Shown here: positions 1-8,393 of the stretch, one piece after another
How the letters are laid out: each line of letters starts with the position of its first letter
Position numbering within the stretch: position 1 is the stretch's first letter
Assembly: GCA_965198115.1 (NCBI GenBank)
Contig: OZ240241.1
Coordinates: 5,856,001-5,920,000 of the forward strand
Source of the DNA: Candidatus Latescibacterota bacterium
GTDB lineage: Bacteria; Latescibacterota; UBA2968
DNA length: 64,000 nt
Reading direction: 5' to 3'
The notes under the pieces: generated by a model
What the model was told of the DNA's origin: nothing
The model's input: only the letters and a program-made list of their open reading frames with translations
Database searches by the model: none
Program-made: the position numbers and the translations under genes

Positions 1-718
1 ACAGGCCAGTCGTCGTCTGTCTCTTCGGCTTTACCGCGGCGAGGATGCGCAGACGACCTTCGATGTCGATCACGTTCGGCTCAAGGTAGCGGCTGGGCAA
101 ATCGGCGAAGGCGCTGTTGATGAGCTGATCGGGTATTCCGGGATAAGGAACGGTATTGGACATTCGCCAGGATGCGGGGTCCATCAGATCTCCCGAAAGG
201 TCACCCACGACGACGCAGGGCCCGCGCTCGTTCTCACCTGGGCTCAAGTCGTCGGTCGCCCAGTAGAGGCGACCATCCCTCTTCACCATACTGGTGTGAC
301 AGTTCCAGTAGTGACCTTCGAAAAGCGTGACCGGCTCGGACCAGCTGCTGCCACCGTCCTCGCTGCGCAGGAGAAGGAAATCATCGTTCCGGAACGTCCT
401 TCCCCCTTTGTTCACGAAGAGGTAAAGTGCGCCATCGTACTGCCACGGAGCGACGGCATAGTAGGGTAATGCGGTGACGGGCTGCCAGGAGGTGCCATCA
501 TCTCTGCTGCGAACGATGTGCACCCGACTACCGCTTACCCGCTGCTCGCCGAGCGCCTCTCTGTCGAAGCAGTCGGTCCGCGGGGTCACCGCCACGGTTG
601 CGACCCATTCGTCTTTCGCGAGACGCACCAGCCCGGGACTGTCCACGAAAAACCGGCGGTCCGTGTTGTGAAAGACCACCGTGTAGTCCTGCGCGAGCGA
701 TGCCGCCGAATTCGTCAT
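1..718 (-). CDS. Sialidase-like/BNR (Asp-box) beta-propeller protein, 3' end outside the window
   Basis: Translated by hand (not in ORF track): ATG at 718 after GGAAGGGA, MTNSAASLAQDYTVVFHN...; two Asp-boxes SRDDGTSW and SEDGGSSW; frame open to the window edge. Confidence 0.75.
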   Translation of the reverse strand, partial: MTNSAASLAQDYTVVFHNTDRRFFVDSPGLVRLAKDEWVATVAVTPRTDCFDREALGEQRVSGSRVHIVRSRDDGTSWQPVTALPYYAVAPWQYDGALYLFVNKGGRTFRNDDFLLLRSEDGGSSWSEPVTLFEGHYWNCHTSMVKRDGRLYWATDDLSPGENERGPCVVVGDLSGDLMDPASWRMSNTVPYPGIPDQLINSAFADLPSRYLEPNVIDIEGRLRILAAVKPKRQTTTGL

Positions 719-888
719 TGATCGTTCCCTTCCGTTCGACCGGATTCCAGCCACTGGGTTTCATTCACGGTCAGCACTGTCCCATCAAAAGGTAGGGCTT
801 CCCTCGAACCCCATTCCGGTAGGGCCTCGGAGTTTCGATCTGCTTCCAAACCTCCGTGTCCTCTGTGTTCTCAGTGGTTTTAGGGTTT

Positions 889-2460
889 TCAGCACCGCAG
901 CCGAAGTCCCTCTTGCGACATCCATCGCTTGAGAATACGCTGCGATCGTTTGAGCAGCCGGAGATAAGCGGTGTTCAACGTCTGCTGCTTCGCGCTCTTC
1001 GCTTTACCGACGGGAGCGATGTTGTAGCGCCCGCGCACCTGCGTCACCGCCTTGCCCTTCACGTCGACGGCAATGGTCATCACTGGGTGTCGCTCTCGGT
1101 TTCCGTCGACTGCCTGCAGCGACCAGATGGAGGAGCGACCTTTACGGCAGTTTTTGGCGTAGGTCGAGACGCAGTGTTTCATCGCACGACCTTCGCATAT
1201 GAGCTCGCGACTGCTGACCAGTTCCTGGACCATCCAGGTGATGGTTTCTCCGGTCTGGGGAACGTCCTCCTGGATGCGCAGAGGACGAAAACCGGATCGA
1301 TCCCAGGTGATCGGTGCTTTTCGTCCTCGACCGAGATCCTCCTCGGCCTCGATCTCTTGGCCCAGCTCGCCGTGCCATTCTTCCATCTGATCGAGGAGTT
1401 TCTCCACGCTGCGGCCCTTGACCGAGAAGTTGGACTGACGCGGCCCGAGTCGCTGAACCTGACCTCCCGGACGGACGATTTCGCGGGGTGCAAACTTCGT
1501 GTTGTGGATGAAGTCGATGATGGGGTCGACGAGCGACGGATCGACCATCGGATTGTTGACGAGGAACGTGAGTACGGTTTCCCAGAAGTCCTCGTGCTGA
1601 AAATTCATGCCGAGACGCGAGCTCATCACCGCACGGGCGAGGGATTCGCTGCCGCCCTGGCCGACAATCTGGCCCCACCGTAAGGCACGCTCGACCGGAA
1701 GCCCATCGGGCGCGTGGGCGAAGCAGTGGGCCATCATTTTTGTCAGTCTGACGGGAATGTCGGCCGTACGGATGTTCTGCCCATCCCCCATATGGCGGAA
1801 CCAGATCTGCTGCTCGCGTGCGAGTTCCTCGTCTTCGCGAAACCAGGCTGCGTCCATCAAGAACGGGACGTCATAGGTGGCCAGGAGATGTCGTGCCAGG
1901 TGGTTGAATTGGCGCCGAGTGTTGTGGCTGTTTGGACGCCAGTGGGCAATCGGCCGGACCCACGCCTTGTGGTGTCGGGCGAGCATCCCGATGCCTTCGA
2001 TATACGTATTCCCCGGTGTGGGTCCGAAGAAGGGTATGGCGGGATCGAGCCCGAACAGGGATCCGAATCGCTCGATGTGGATCAGCAGTTCGTGTAGGGC
2101 TCGACGTGTCTCGTCATCCGCCGTGCCCTCGAAGAGGAGGCGAATCTTCTCGAGATATTCAGCGCCAACATCATCGCGGCCGATGCTGCCTCGGTAGAGC
2201 CCGGTGATGGTGTTCTGAGGATGGCGCGTACCACGTCGCCTGCGAGAGAGCGCGGTCTGACCGCGAAGCTTGTCCGCCAGGCCTCGCTCTTTCTTGCGGA
2301 GAGCGGCGCTTTTGTGAAGGTCCTTGCTGAAGCCGTGCTCGACGCACCAGGTCCGGTACTCGTACTCTGAAGAAAGACCGAGCTCCTTGATGTGTCGCTG
2401 GAACTGGCGCGCTTTGAGCGCGTGGTCGTGTGAGCGAGTTCGTTTGGGTCCGCGGGGCAT
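889..2460 (-). CDS. PcfJ-domain-containing protein
   Basis: 523 aa; C-terminal ELVSSRELICEGRAMKHCVSTY...SSIWSL...TIAV...QVRGRYN matches the PcfJ-like motif; SD GAGGAG upstream. Confidence 0.8.
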   Translation of the reverse strand: MPRGPKRTRSHDHALKARQFQRHIKELGLSSEYEYRTWCVEHGFSKDLHKSAALRKKERGLADKLRGQTALSRRRRGTRHPQNTITGLYRGSIGRDDVGAEYLEKIRLLFEGTADDETRRALHELLIHIERFGSLFGLDPAIPFFGPTPGNTYIEGIGMLARHHKAWVRPIAHWRPNSHNTRRQFNHLARHLLATYDVPFLMDAAWFREDEELAREQQIWFRHMGDGQNIRTADIPVRLTKMMAHCFAHAPDGLPVERALRWGQIVGQGGSESLARAVMSSRLGMNFQHEDFWETVLTFLVNNPMVDPSLVDPIIDFIHNTKFAPREIVRPGGQVQRLGPRQSNFSVKGRSVEKLLDQMEEWHGELGQEIEAEEDLGRGRKAPITWDRSGFRPLRIQEDVPQTGETITWMVQELVSSRELICEGRAMKHCVSTYAKNCRKGRSSIWSLQAVDGNRERHPVMTIAVDVKGKAVTQVRGRYNIAPVGKAKSAKQQTLNTAYLRLLKRSQRILKRWMSQEGLRLRC

Positions 2461-2469
2461 CTTTCAATG

Positions 2470-2625
2470 TCTCCTCGCTTGGGTCAATATAGTCCTTCCT
2501 ATCGTAGAACAAGCCTGAATCGAGGAGAATGCTGGGTACCGTACACACGAAAAGCACCCTCGACTCGATCGCTACTGGCGGACCTCTGGCGGTGGACCAC
2601 GAGCTCGATTGACGAGTGGGTGCTT
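2470..2625 (-). promoter_or_regulatory. Putative translational attenuator (alternative helices controlling the pcfJ SD)
   Basis: Segment 2613-2625 pairs with 2552-2567; 2521-2528 (UCUCCUCG) pairs perfectly with SD region 2470-2477 (CGAGGAGA); alternatively 2553-2566 pairs with 2517-2533. Confidence 0.65.
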
Positions 2626-2628
2626 CAT
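2572..2628 (-). CDS. Leader ORF2 MKHPLVNRARGPPPEVRQ with RGPP arrest-like motif
   Basis: ATG 2628, TAG 2572-2574; in frame with leader ORF1 (offset 75 nt, no other stop between); weak GAGG SD inside a hairpin. Confidence 0.55.
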   Translation of the reverse strand: MKHPLVNRARGPPPEVRQ

Positions 2629-2682
2629 TTGCCGTGCCTCGTACAGGGCAACGGCGTCGTCCGAAATGTCAGTAAAGCCGTG

Positions 2683-2703
2683 CTATGTGAAGCCGAGGTA
2701 CAT
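2683..2703 (-). CDS. Leader mini-ORF MYLGFT
   Basis: AGGAGAGACG-ATG TAC CTC GGC TTC ACA TAG; strong SD; resembles the msr(D) leader peptide MYLIFM. Confidence 0.65.
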   Translation of the reverse strand: MYLGFT

Positions 2704-2745
2704 CGTCTCTCCTATGTATGGGGTTCTGGCTGACAACACGCTGTA

Positions 2746-2773
2746 AATATAGAATAGGAATCCAGAATGACAA
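2746..2773 (-). promoter_or_regulatory. sigma70-like promoter for the leader-pcfJ transcript
   Basis: TTGTCA (2773-2768) - 16 nt - TATATT (2751-2746). Confidence 0.5.
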
Positions 2774-2789
2774 CCGGATTGCAAAAGGT

Positions 2790-3263
2790 TCAGGGAGATC
2801 GCTCCGTCGTCCTCAGCTGCATCAATTCCCGATCACCACGGTCTTCGACGACCTCGAAACCGAGCCGTTCATAAAGACGCTTTGCGTGTGGATTGTCTCT
2901 CTCCACTTCGAGAGTCAGCGGTAGGCCTTCCTCTTGTGCTTCGTCTATGAGCTGCCGCATCACACGCGTGTCGATGCCCTTGCCTTGATGAGCCGGCAGG
3001 ATCTGGATGCCTGCAACGTGGATCGCATCTCCCGGCCGAATCAGACGAAGTCTTCCCGTGGGTCGACCTTCGTACTCGATGACGTGCGTGACGCTATCCC
3101 TGACTTTCCCCTCGACTTCGTTTCTGGCTGATTGTTCGGTCTGCAGAGCGAATGTATCGGCGTCCCAATCGTCCCTGGTACAGAGACGTTCCTCGTTCGC
3201 CAGGATGTTCACTGTGGTCAGGAATCCGATGTCTTCCTTGCTGGCCGGTCGGGTCTTCAGCAT
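2790..3263 (-). CDS. GNAT family N-acetyltransferase
   Basis: IQILPAHQGKGI acetyl-CoA motif and NPHAKRLYERLGF. Confidence 0.85.
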   Translation of the reverse strand: MLKTRPASKEDIGFLTTVNILANEERLCTRDDWDADTFALQTEQSARNEVEGKVRDSVTHVIEYEGRPTGRLRLIRPGDAIHVAGIQILPAHQGKGIDTRVMRQLIDEAQEEGLPLTLEVERDNPHAKRLYERLGFEVVEDRGDRELMQLRTTERSP

Positions 3264-3730
3264 CAGCTTGCAGGTCGCATTCGCGTGGTCGTCCGCTCAT
3301 CGACGGTTTCGCCCGAGCCGCCGAATTCAGCGGGCAGGCCCACGAACTTCGGCAGCCCATCACAGAGGTCTAGCACAGCCTCGTCACAATGGATGTGGAA
3401 GCTTGCATCGTGGACATAGCCCGACCCGGCCAGAACCATCGCGTAGATGACGGTTCGCTGCGGACCCACCTTGTTCATCAGACTCGAACCACATTCTCTG
3501 CACCAATGTCGGTGTGTTGTGGATCCTTTATACCCGACGAGCAACTCCTCCCCTTTCGTGATGCGGATCGCGTCGTTGCTCCGGACCGCCCAGGCGTTGA
3601 TCGGAGCTGCGTGCCAGATCCGGCAGTCTTCGCAGTGACAGTATCCCGCGCCGCGGGGTAGCCCAGTCACTTCGACCGTGACCTGCCCACAGAGACAGCT
3701 GCCGTGATAGGTCGGTACGTCTTTAGGCAT
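3263..3730 (-). CDS. GFA (CENP-V/glutathione-dependent formaldehyde-activating) family protein
   Basis: GSCLCG, CHCEDCR and WCRECGS zinc motifs; coupled to the GNAT gene. Confidence 0.9.
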   Translation of the reverse strand: MPKDVPTYHGSCLCGQVTVEVTGLPRGAGYCHCEDCRIWHAAPINAWAVRSNDAIRITKGEELLVGYKGSTTHRHWCRECGSSLMNKVGPQRTVIYAMVLAGSGYVHDASFHIHCDEAVLDLCDGLPKFVGLPAEFGGSGETVDERTTTRMRPAS

Positions 3731-3857
3731 TCGTATCCTTCCTTTCTGCGATCGGGCGATCGTCTTAGGCGAAAGTGAAAGCGAACGACCGCAAGTCGCT
3801 TTATCTTGTATTCCTCATTGACAACAAACTGGAGTGTGAAACTTGACCGGAGAGACC

Positions 3858-4847
3858 ATGGACACCCCACGTCACCCCTGCTCACAGGCTTTGCCGGAAG
3901 ATCTGGACATCGGTGAGGCTTGTGTGTTCAAAGACCCGGACTTCACCAACGGTGAGACGACTCTCAGCGACGCAGAGGTTGCGCACTTCAAAGAACAAGG
4001 TTTCGTCGTGAAACGCGGGTTGCTCGACGAGGGCGAGACGTTCCAGCGAGTTGTCGATTACGTTTGGGAGAACGTACCTCGAGGGATGTGCAAGCGCGAT
4101 GACCCCGAGACGTGGTTCGCCGCATTGGGTGAAGATTGGACAGAGGAAGACGAGAGAGCACTCGGGCCGATCAAGCACGGTGGCTGGAGGATGCGGTCTC
4201 GAGACGGCATCGGGACCGAACCGTTTCTACGCGACAAGATCGGGAACCATCCGCAGATGCTGGGAACGGTGTCCCGGTTCACGGGCACCCCCGTCAAGCG
4301 TCTAAGTCGGGTGCGAGGGGTCTACAGCAAGTTTCCACACCTTCCCGGCACGGTTGGTAAACTGGCTCCACACGCGGACCATATTGCGTCGCAGCTTTCC
4401 GCGATGGTTCTCGTGAATGAGGTTCCTCCACGATGCGGCGGCTTCACGATCTGGCCCGGCTCCCACCGTCTCCTGCACTCGCACTGGGATACGGTGTTCG
4501 GAAGTGGCATTGGCCCTGATCGTCAGGATAGTTTTCGAGAAGCTCGGGACTCAGCGCTGAGGGAAATCACTCCCCTGGAGTTTCCGGGCAGTTCAGGCGA
4601 CGTGGTCTTCTGGCATCCTCGACTGATTCACTCGACGGGGATCAATCATTCGGTCGAACTGGGTCGTCCTATCCTGCGTCTGGTCGTGCCCTGCGATTAC
4701 CAGCGCGATGGCGGAACCTGGTTCGACGATATGGAGTTCGGCCCGGGATCGGACCGGCAGTGGTGGATCGACACACGCAATTTCCGCGAAGACGTGCCGG
4801 CCACGGCTGACAACCTCTGGGACGGGTGGGCGTTTGAAACTGGTTAG
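3858..4847 (+). CDS. Phytanoyl-CoA dioxygenase (PhyH) family protein
   Basis: F..QGFVV, PHADH (HxD), IWPGSH, GDVVFWHPRLIHS. Confidence 0.85.
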   Translation: MDTPRHPCSQALPEDLDIGEACVFKDPDFTNGETTLSDAEVAHFKEQGFVVKRGLLDEGETFQRVVDYVWENVPRGMCKRDDPETWFAALGEDWTEEDERALGPIKHGGWRMRSRDGIGTEPFLRDKIGNHPQMLGTVSRFTGTPVKRLSRVRGVYSKFPHLPGTVGKLAPHADHIASQLSAMVLVNEVPPRCGGFTIWPGSHRLLHSHWDTVFGSGIGPDRQDSFREARDSALREITPLEFPGSSGDVVFWHPRLIHSTGINHSVELGRPILRLVVPCDYQRDGGTWFDDMEFGPGSDRQWWIDTRNFREDVPATADNLWDGWAFETG

Positions 4848-4859
4848 ACGTCGGAGTTC

Positions 4860-5817
4860 TCAGCTCGAAACGGGCCCCTCCCGACGAAAGATCTCCTGCG
4901 CCAGGTCGAACACCCGACGGTTCGGGTAATCTCCATCCGCAACATTCAGTACACCGTCGACCTGCTCAACCGAATTCAATCCCACGATCAGACTCGTCAC
5001 GATTGGGTGGCATAGGCTGAACTTGATGGCGAAGGTCGTCCAGGATAGGATCTCGATTCCCAGATCGGCCTCCAGGATGGCTAGTCGATCGTACGCTGCA
5101 TCCCACTGCTCTTCGTGGTAACGATCGTCCGAGGGAAGATCGGCCCTTGAAGACCGGCGATCGGTAAGCAGCCCTCCCATAAACGGACGGATGCAGAAGA
5201 AGCCTTGTCCGTTCGTTTCCATCTGCGGGAAGTATTCGGCCATCTCCATTTCGATCGGGTTGTAGTAGGCGACCATTCCGTCGAACGTGCTCGATTTCAG
5301 TGCCTCCCCGGCGAAACCAGCCGTGTAGGGGAAGGTTGTCAGGTAGCCGGCCTTGCCCTCTGCTTTGAGCTGGGCGAAGCATTCGAGCATTGCCTCGTTC
5401 GTTCTGGCGATGTCCGGAATACGACGATCGTCCTCGTTCGGCCGGGCGCGCTGGAGGTGTTGCAGTACGTCGATGCGCTCCGTGTGAAGATCACATAGAG
5501 CTTCTTCCACACGGAGCCGAAATTTCGCTGCGTCAAACTTCCCGCCGTCGTCGAAGTCGGGAACAGGTACCTTGATAATGTGGTGCAGATCGTGGCGCTT
5601 GGGATGGTCTTTCAGCACGCGGCTCATCGCCCAGCGCGTGTTGTACTCATAAGCTGGAGTGGATGAAGTTGACGCCGCGGTCGATGGCGTGCTCCAGCGC
5701 ACGCTGCCCCTCCTGAGAGACAATGTCTTCGCCCGGAGATTTAGCCGAGAATCGCATCGGGCCGAAGCAGATTTCCGAGACTTCGAGATCAGTGTTGCCG
5801 AATCTTCGGTAATGCAT
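4860..5817 (-). pseudogene. Aldo/keto reductase, two frameshifts near the 5' end
   Basis: ATG 5817 MHYRRFGNTDLEVSEICFG typical AKR start; frame shifts near 5760 and 5650; remainder ..LHTERIDVLQH..PFMGGLLT..SLIVG in ORF 4860-5861; indels could be sequencing error. Confidence 0.75.
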
Positions 5818-5849
5818 GGGTTCCTTTCGTTCGCGAGACAGTTCAACTC

Positions 5850-6107
5850 AAGGGGCAGCACAACGTCCCGGCCGTATCAGGCGCAGGCGTCCAACCGAGT
5901 TCCCATCGAATTCGACCGAGTGGGTGACGCTGTTCGCGACGTGACCGGCCACTTCCTGGATCGCGGATTCTCTGGCATTCTCCTCGAAGGTTTGAGCGTC
6001 CCAACCCTCCTGAACAGACAGCCGGCTCTCGTTGGCCAGCACATTGACCCGAGCCAGGAAGTCAACGTCGTCTTGGTGGAAGGCCGAATGTTCAGTCGAT
6101 CGGTCAT
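5850..6107 (-). pseudogene. Truncated, frameshifted paralog of the GNAT at 2790-3263
   Basis: LANESRL..WDAQTF..EVAGHVANSVTH..GRLRLIRPG aligns with LANEERL..WDADTF..EVEGKVRDSVTH..GRLRLIRPG; acetyl-CoA-binding half absent. Confidence 0.75.
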
Positions 6108-6206
6108 CAGGTGCGATCAGGGAGTGTGCTGACGGCTCTCGGGAATTAACTTCCTAAAGTCCTTTTCAGATCGTGAGTCTAAAGCGGAACTACAGCGGAG
6201 CCGACC

Positions 6207-6553
6207 ATGAACACAATCGAAAATATCACCCCTATCCTCTACGTTGCAGATATGGAGCGCAGCCTTCGATTCTACGTCGATCTGTTAGGCTTCCAGACGC
6301 CGAGTGGGGAGATGACAAGTTCACCGGCATTTCGCGAGACGGTTCCAGCATCCTGCTGTGCAGAGAGGGCCAAGGCCATGCCGGGACCTGGATCTACGTC
6401 GGTGTGGCGGATGCCCGGGAAGTGTGTGAGGACCTATCGGCAAAGGGCGTGAAGATCGTTCAGGAGCCGACGAATAAAGCCTGGGTGCTTGAGGCCTGGG
6501 TCGAGGATCCAGACGGTCACGTCCTGCGATTCGGCTCCGAGCCGGAGGAGTGA
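6207..6553 (+). pseudogene. VOC/glyoxalase-bleomycin resistance family protein, frameshifted
   Basis: ITPILYVADMERSLRFYVDLLGF in one frame, then IYVGVAD...VEDPDGHVLRFG in another; shift near 6295. Confidence 0.75.
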
Positions 6554-6559
6554 AGCGAA

Positions 6560-8188
6560 TCAATCCACACGGCGGTTGACGACACCGCCCGTTCCTCCGT
6601 CGATCACGAGATCACCAATCGTCTCGGCACGATGCACGCTTGTAGCGGTCCACTCGAAACGGCAGGAAGATCCTGCCTCGAGGTGTCCGGCTTCTATACG
6701 TCTTTCCGTGACGTGGACATCATCTTCAGGATCGAGCTCGATGTACACGGAACGCACCCTGTCGAGCGCTTTCCCCCGGTTGGTGACGTGTGTCGGCAAG
6801 TTGCCCTGATTGGCGATGCCAAGGCTGATGCGACAGGTCGTGTCATCGATGCGGTTGACCTCCAGCGAGTCGATGACGACATGCGGATGTCTTCCCGCCA
6901 GCTCGAGCGTGAAACGGTGACATCCTTCGAGCATCTCTTCCAACGCTGATACGAGCGGGTTGTCCCACGCCGTGTAGTGCCATCCACCGATTTCGACCTC
7001 TCCCAACTGCGGATGATCGAACTCGTGCCAGGACTCGAACAGGGGTTCTGGCTGACCTCGTTCATCCCACCACGCCAGAAGACGGCGGTTCCATCGATCT
7101 GCGTCGCCGTCTTCCCATCTCAGCCACTCCTCGGTTGTGAGACCGGCGTTATTCGTGACCGTGCCCAGCTCCAGCTCGAGTCCGAGGACCCCCAGATGAT
7201 GATAGATGGTGTCGAGAGAGTGCCCGCCCTTGCCCGGATTGTCCTTTGTGACGAGCGGTAGGATATGGGTGCCCGTATGCTTCACGCCGATCTGGGCTAG
7301 TTCCTCGATCAAACGGTCGTCCTCCGGGTCGAGATCGTCTCTCGATCCGCTGGCAGGAGGGCGAATGACGGAGGCGTGGCCGCAGTGATAGCCCAGAATG
7401 GCAAAGATACGGGAATGTGAGAAGAGGAAGTCGGCGAAGTGACGTAGCTCGAGCTCACTGAAGGGATAGTCTCCGGCACCGATCTGTTCGGGACGCCAGT
7501 TGTAGGGCCAGTTCCGATTCCAATCGAATGTACGGCCACCGGCGAGCTCACGCGTCGAGGGGATGAACGATTGCAGACCCCCTTGGAGGATGTGGTCGCC
7601 GCCATCCCAATCGAATACGTAGCCTTCGGGAAAGACGCGGTAGTAAGGGCCGGGCGAGTCCGGCTGGCGTTTGACGAGCAATCTGGGTTCTTCTGGATCG
7701 ACAATGAGCCCGCCGATCGGATGCTCTTGACGAATGGTCAGGATGAGTCCGTCGTCATTGATGTCTTCGGGATAGACCACGTTCGCTTCGCGGTTGTCGA
7801 AATCCGTGCGGCTGCGGACACGCGTGGAGGTCGCAATACAGAATTCAGATGCGTCAGGGCAGAGGCGGGGGACGATGTAGAACGCCACACGACTCAGCAA
7901 ACCATTGGATTCGTGATCCTGAAGCAGTCGGAGGGCGGTATAGAGCGGCGCGTGAGCGGAGGCCGGTTCGTGCGCATGGATGCCCCCGTGAATCACGAAC
8001 GCCGGCCGATTCTCGGCTTTGCCGCTCGTGAAATCCGTGAGGGTCAGGAGTTGGATCGCACGACCTTCACGAGACGATCCGATCGATCCTAAGTGGCAGA
8101 GATCGGGATAGGCATCTGCCAACGAGGCGCAGAACGCATCGATCTCGGCGTAGGTGTAGAAGTGATCGTATTGGATCTCAGGTTTCAC
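6560..8188 (-). CDS. M14 family zinc carboxypeptidase
   Basis: SIGSSREGR, GGIHAHE (HxxE), DWNRNW, YPFSE, GYHCG; probable GTG start at 8188. Confidence 0.85.
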   Translation of the reverse strand: MKPEIQYDHFYTYAEIDAFCASLADAYPDLCHLGSIGSSREGRAIQLLTLTDFTSGKAENRPAFVIHGGIHAHEPASAHAPLYTALRLLQDHESNGLLSRVAFYIVPRLCPDASEFCIATSTRVRSRTDFDNREANVVYPEDINDDGLILTIRQEHPIGGLIVDPEEPRLLVKRQPDSPGPYYRVFPEGYVFDWDGGDHILQGGLQSFIPSTRELAGGRTFDWNRNWPYNWRPEQIGAGDYPFSELELRHFADFLFSHSRIFAILGYHCGHASVIRPPASGSRDDLDPEDDRLIEELAQIGVKHTGTHILPLVTKDNPGKGGHSLDTIYHHLGVLGLELELGTVTNNAGLTTEEWLRWEDGDADRWNRRLLAWWDERGQPEPLFESWHEFDHPQLGEVEIGGWHYTAWDNPLVSALEEMLEGCHRFTLELAGRHPHVVIDSLEVNRIDDTTCRISLGIANQGNLPTHVTNRGKALDRVRSVYIELDPEDDVHVTERRIEAGHLEAGSSCRFEWTATSVHRAETIGDLVIDGGTGGVVNRRVD

Positions 8189-8393
8189 GCAACACCACAA
8201 AAGCTTGGGGAACCACAGAACACACGGACTACACAGAAGGAAAACCAAGACAAACCACGAACCACCTGCGCCAACAACTCCGCTAAGGCTACGGGTGCGT
8301 CAGGAGACTACGGCGAGGAATCACGAAACACACGGAATCGACGACACTGTCACGGGACAAAGCGACACGCCTGCTCGCCGCCTGTCTCTGGCT

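Noticed and set aside
856-1683. Long antisense ORFs (also 59492-60388, 48617-49663 and others)
   Set aside because: Shadow ORFs opposite well-supported genes, expected in GC-rich DNA; no motifs
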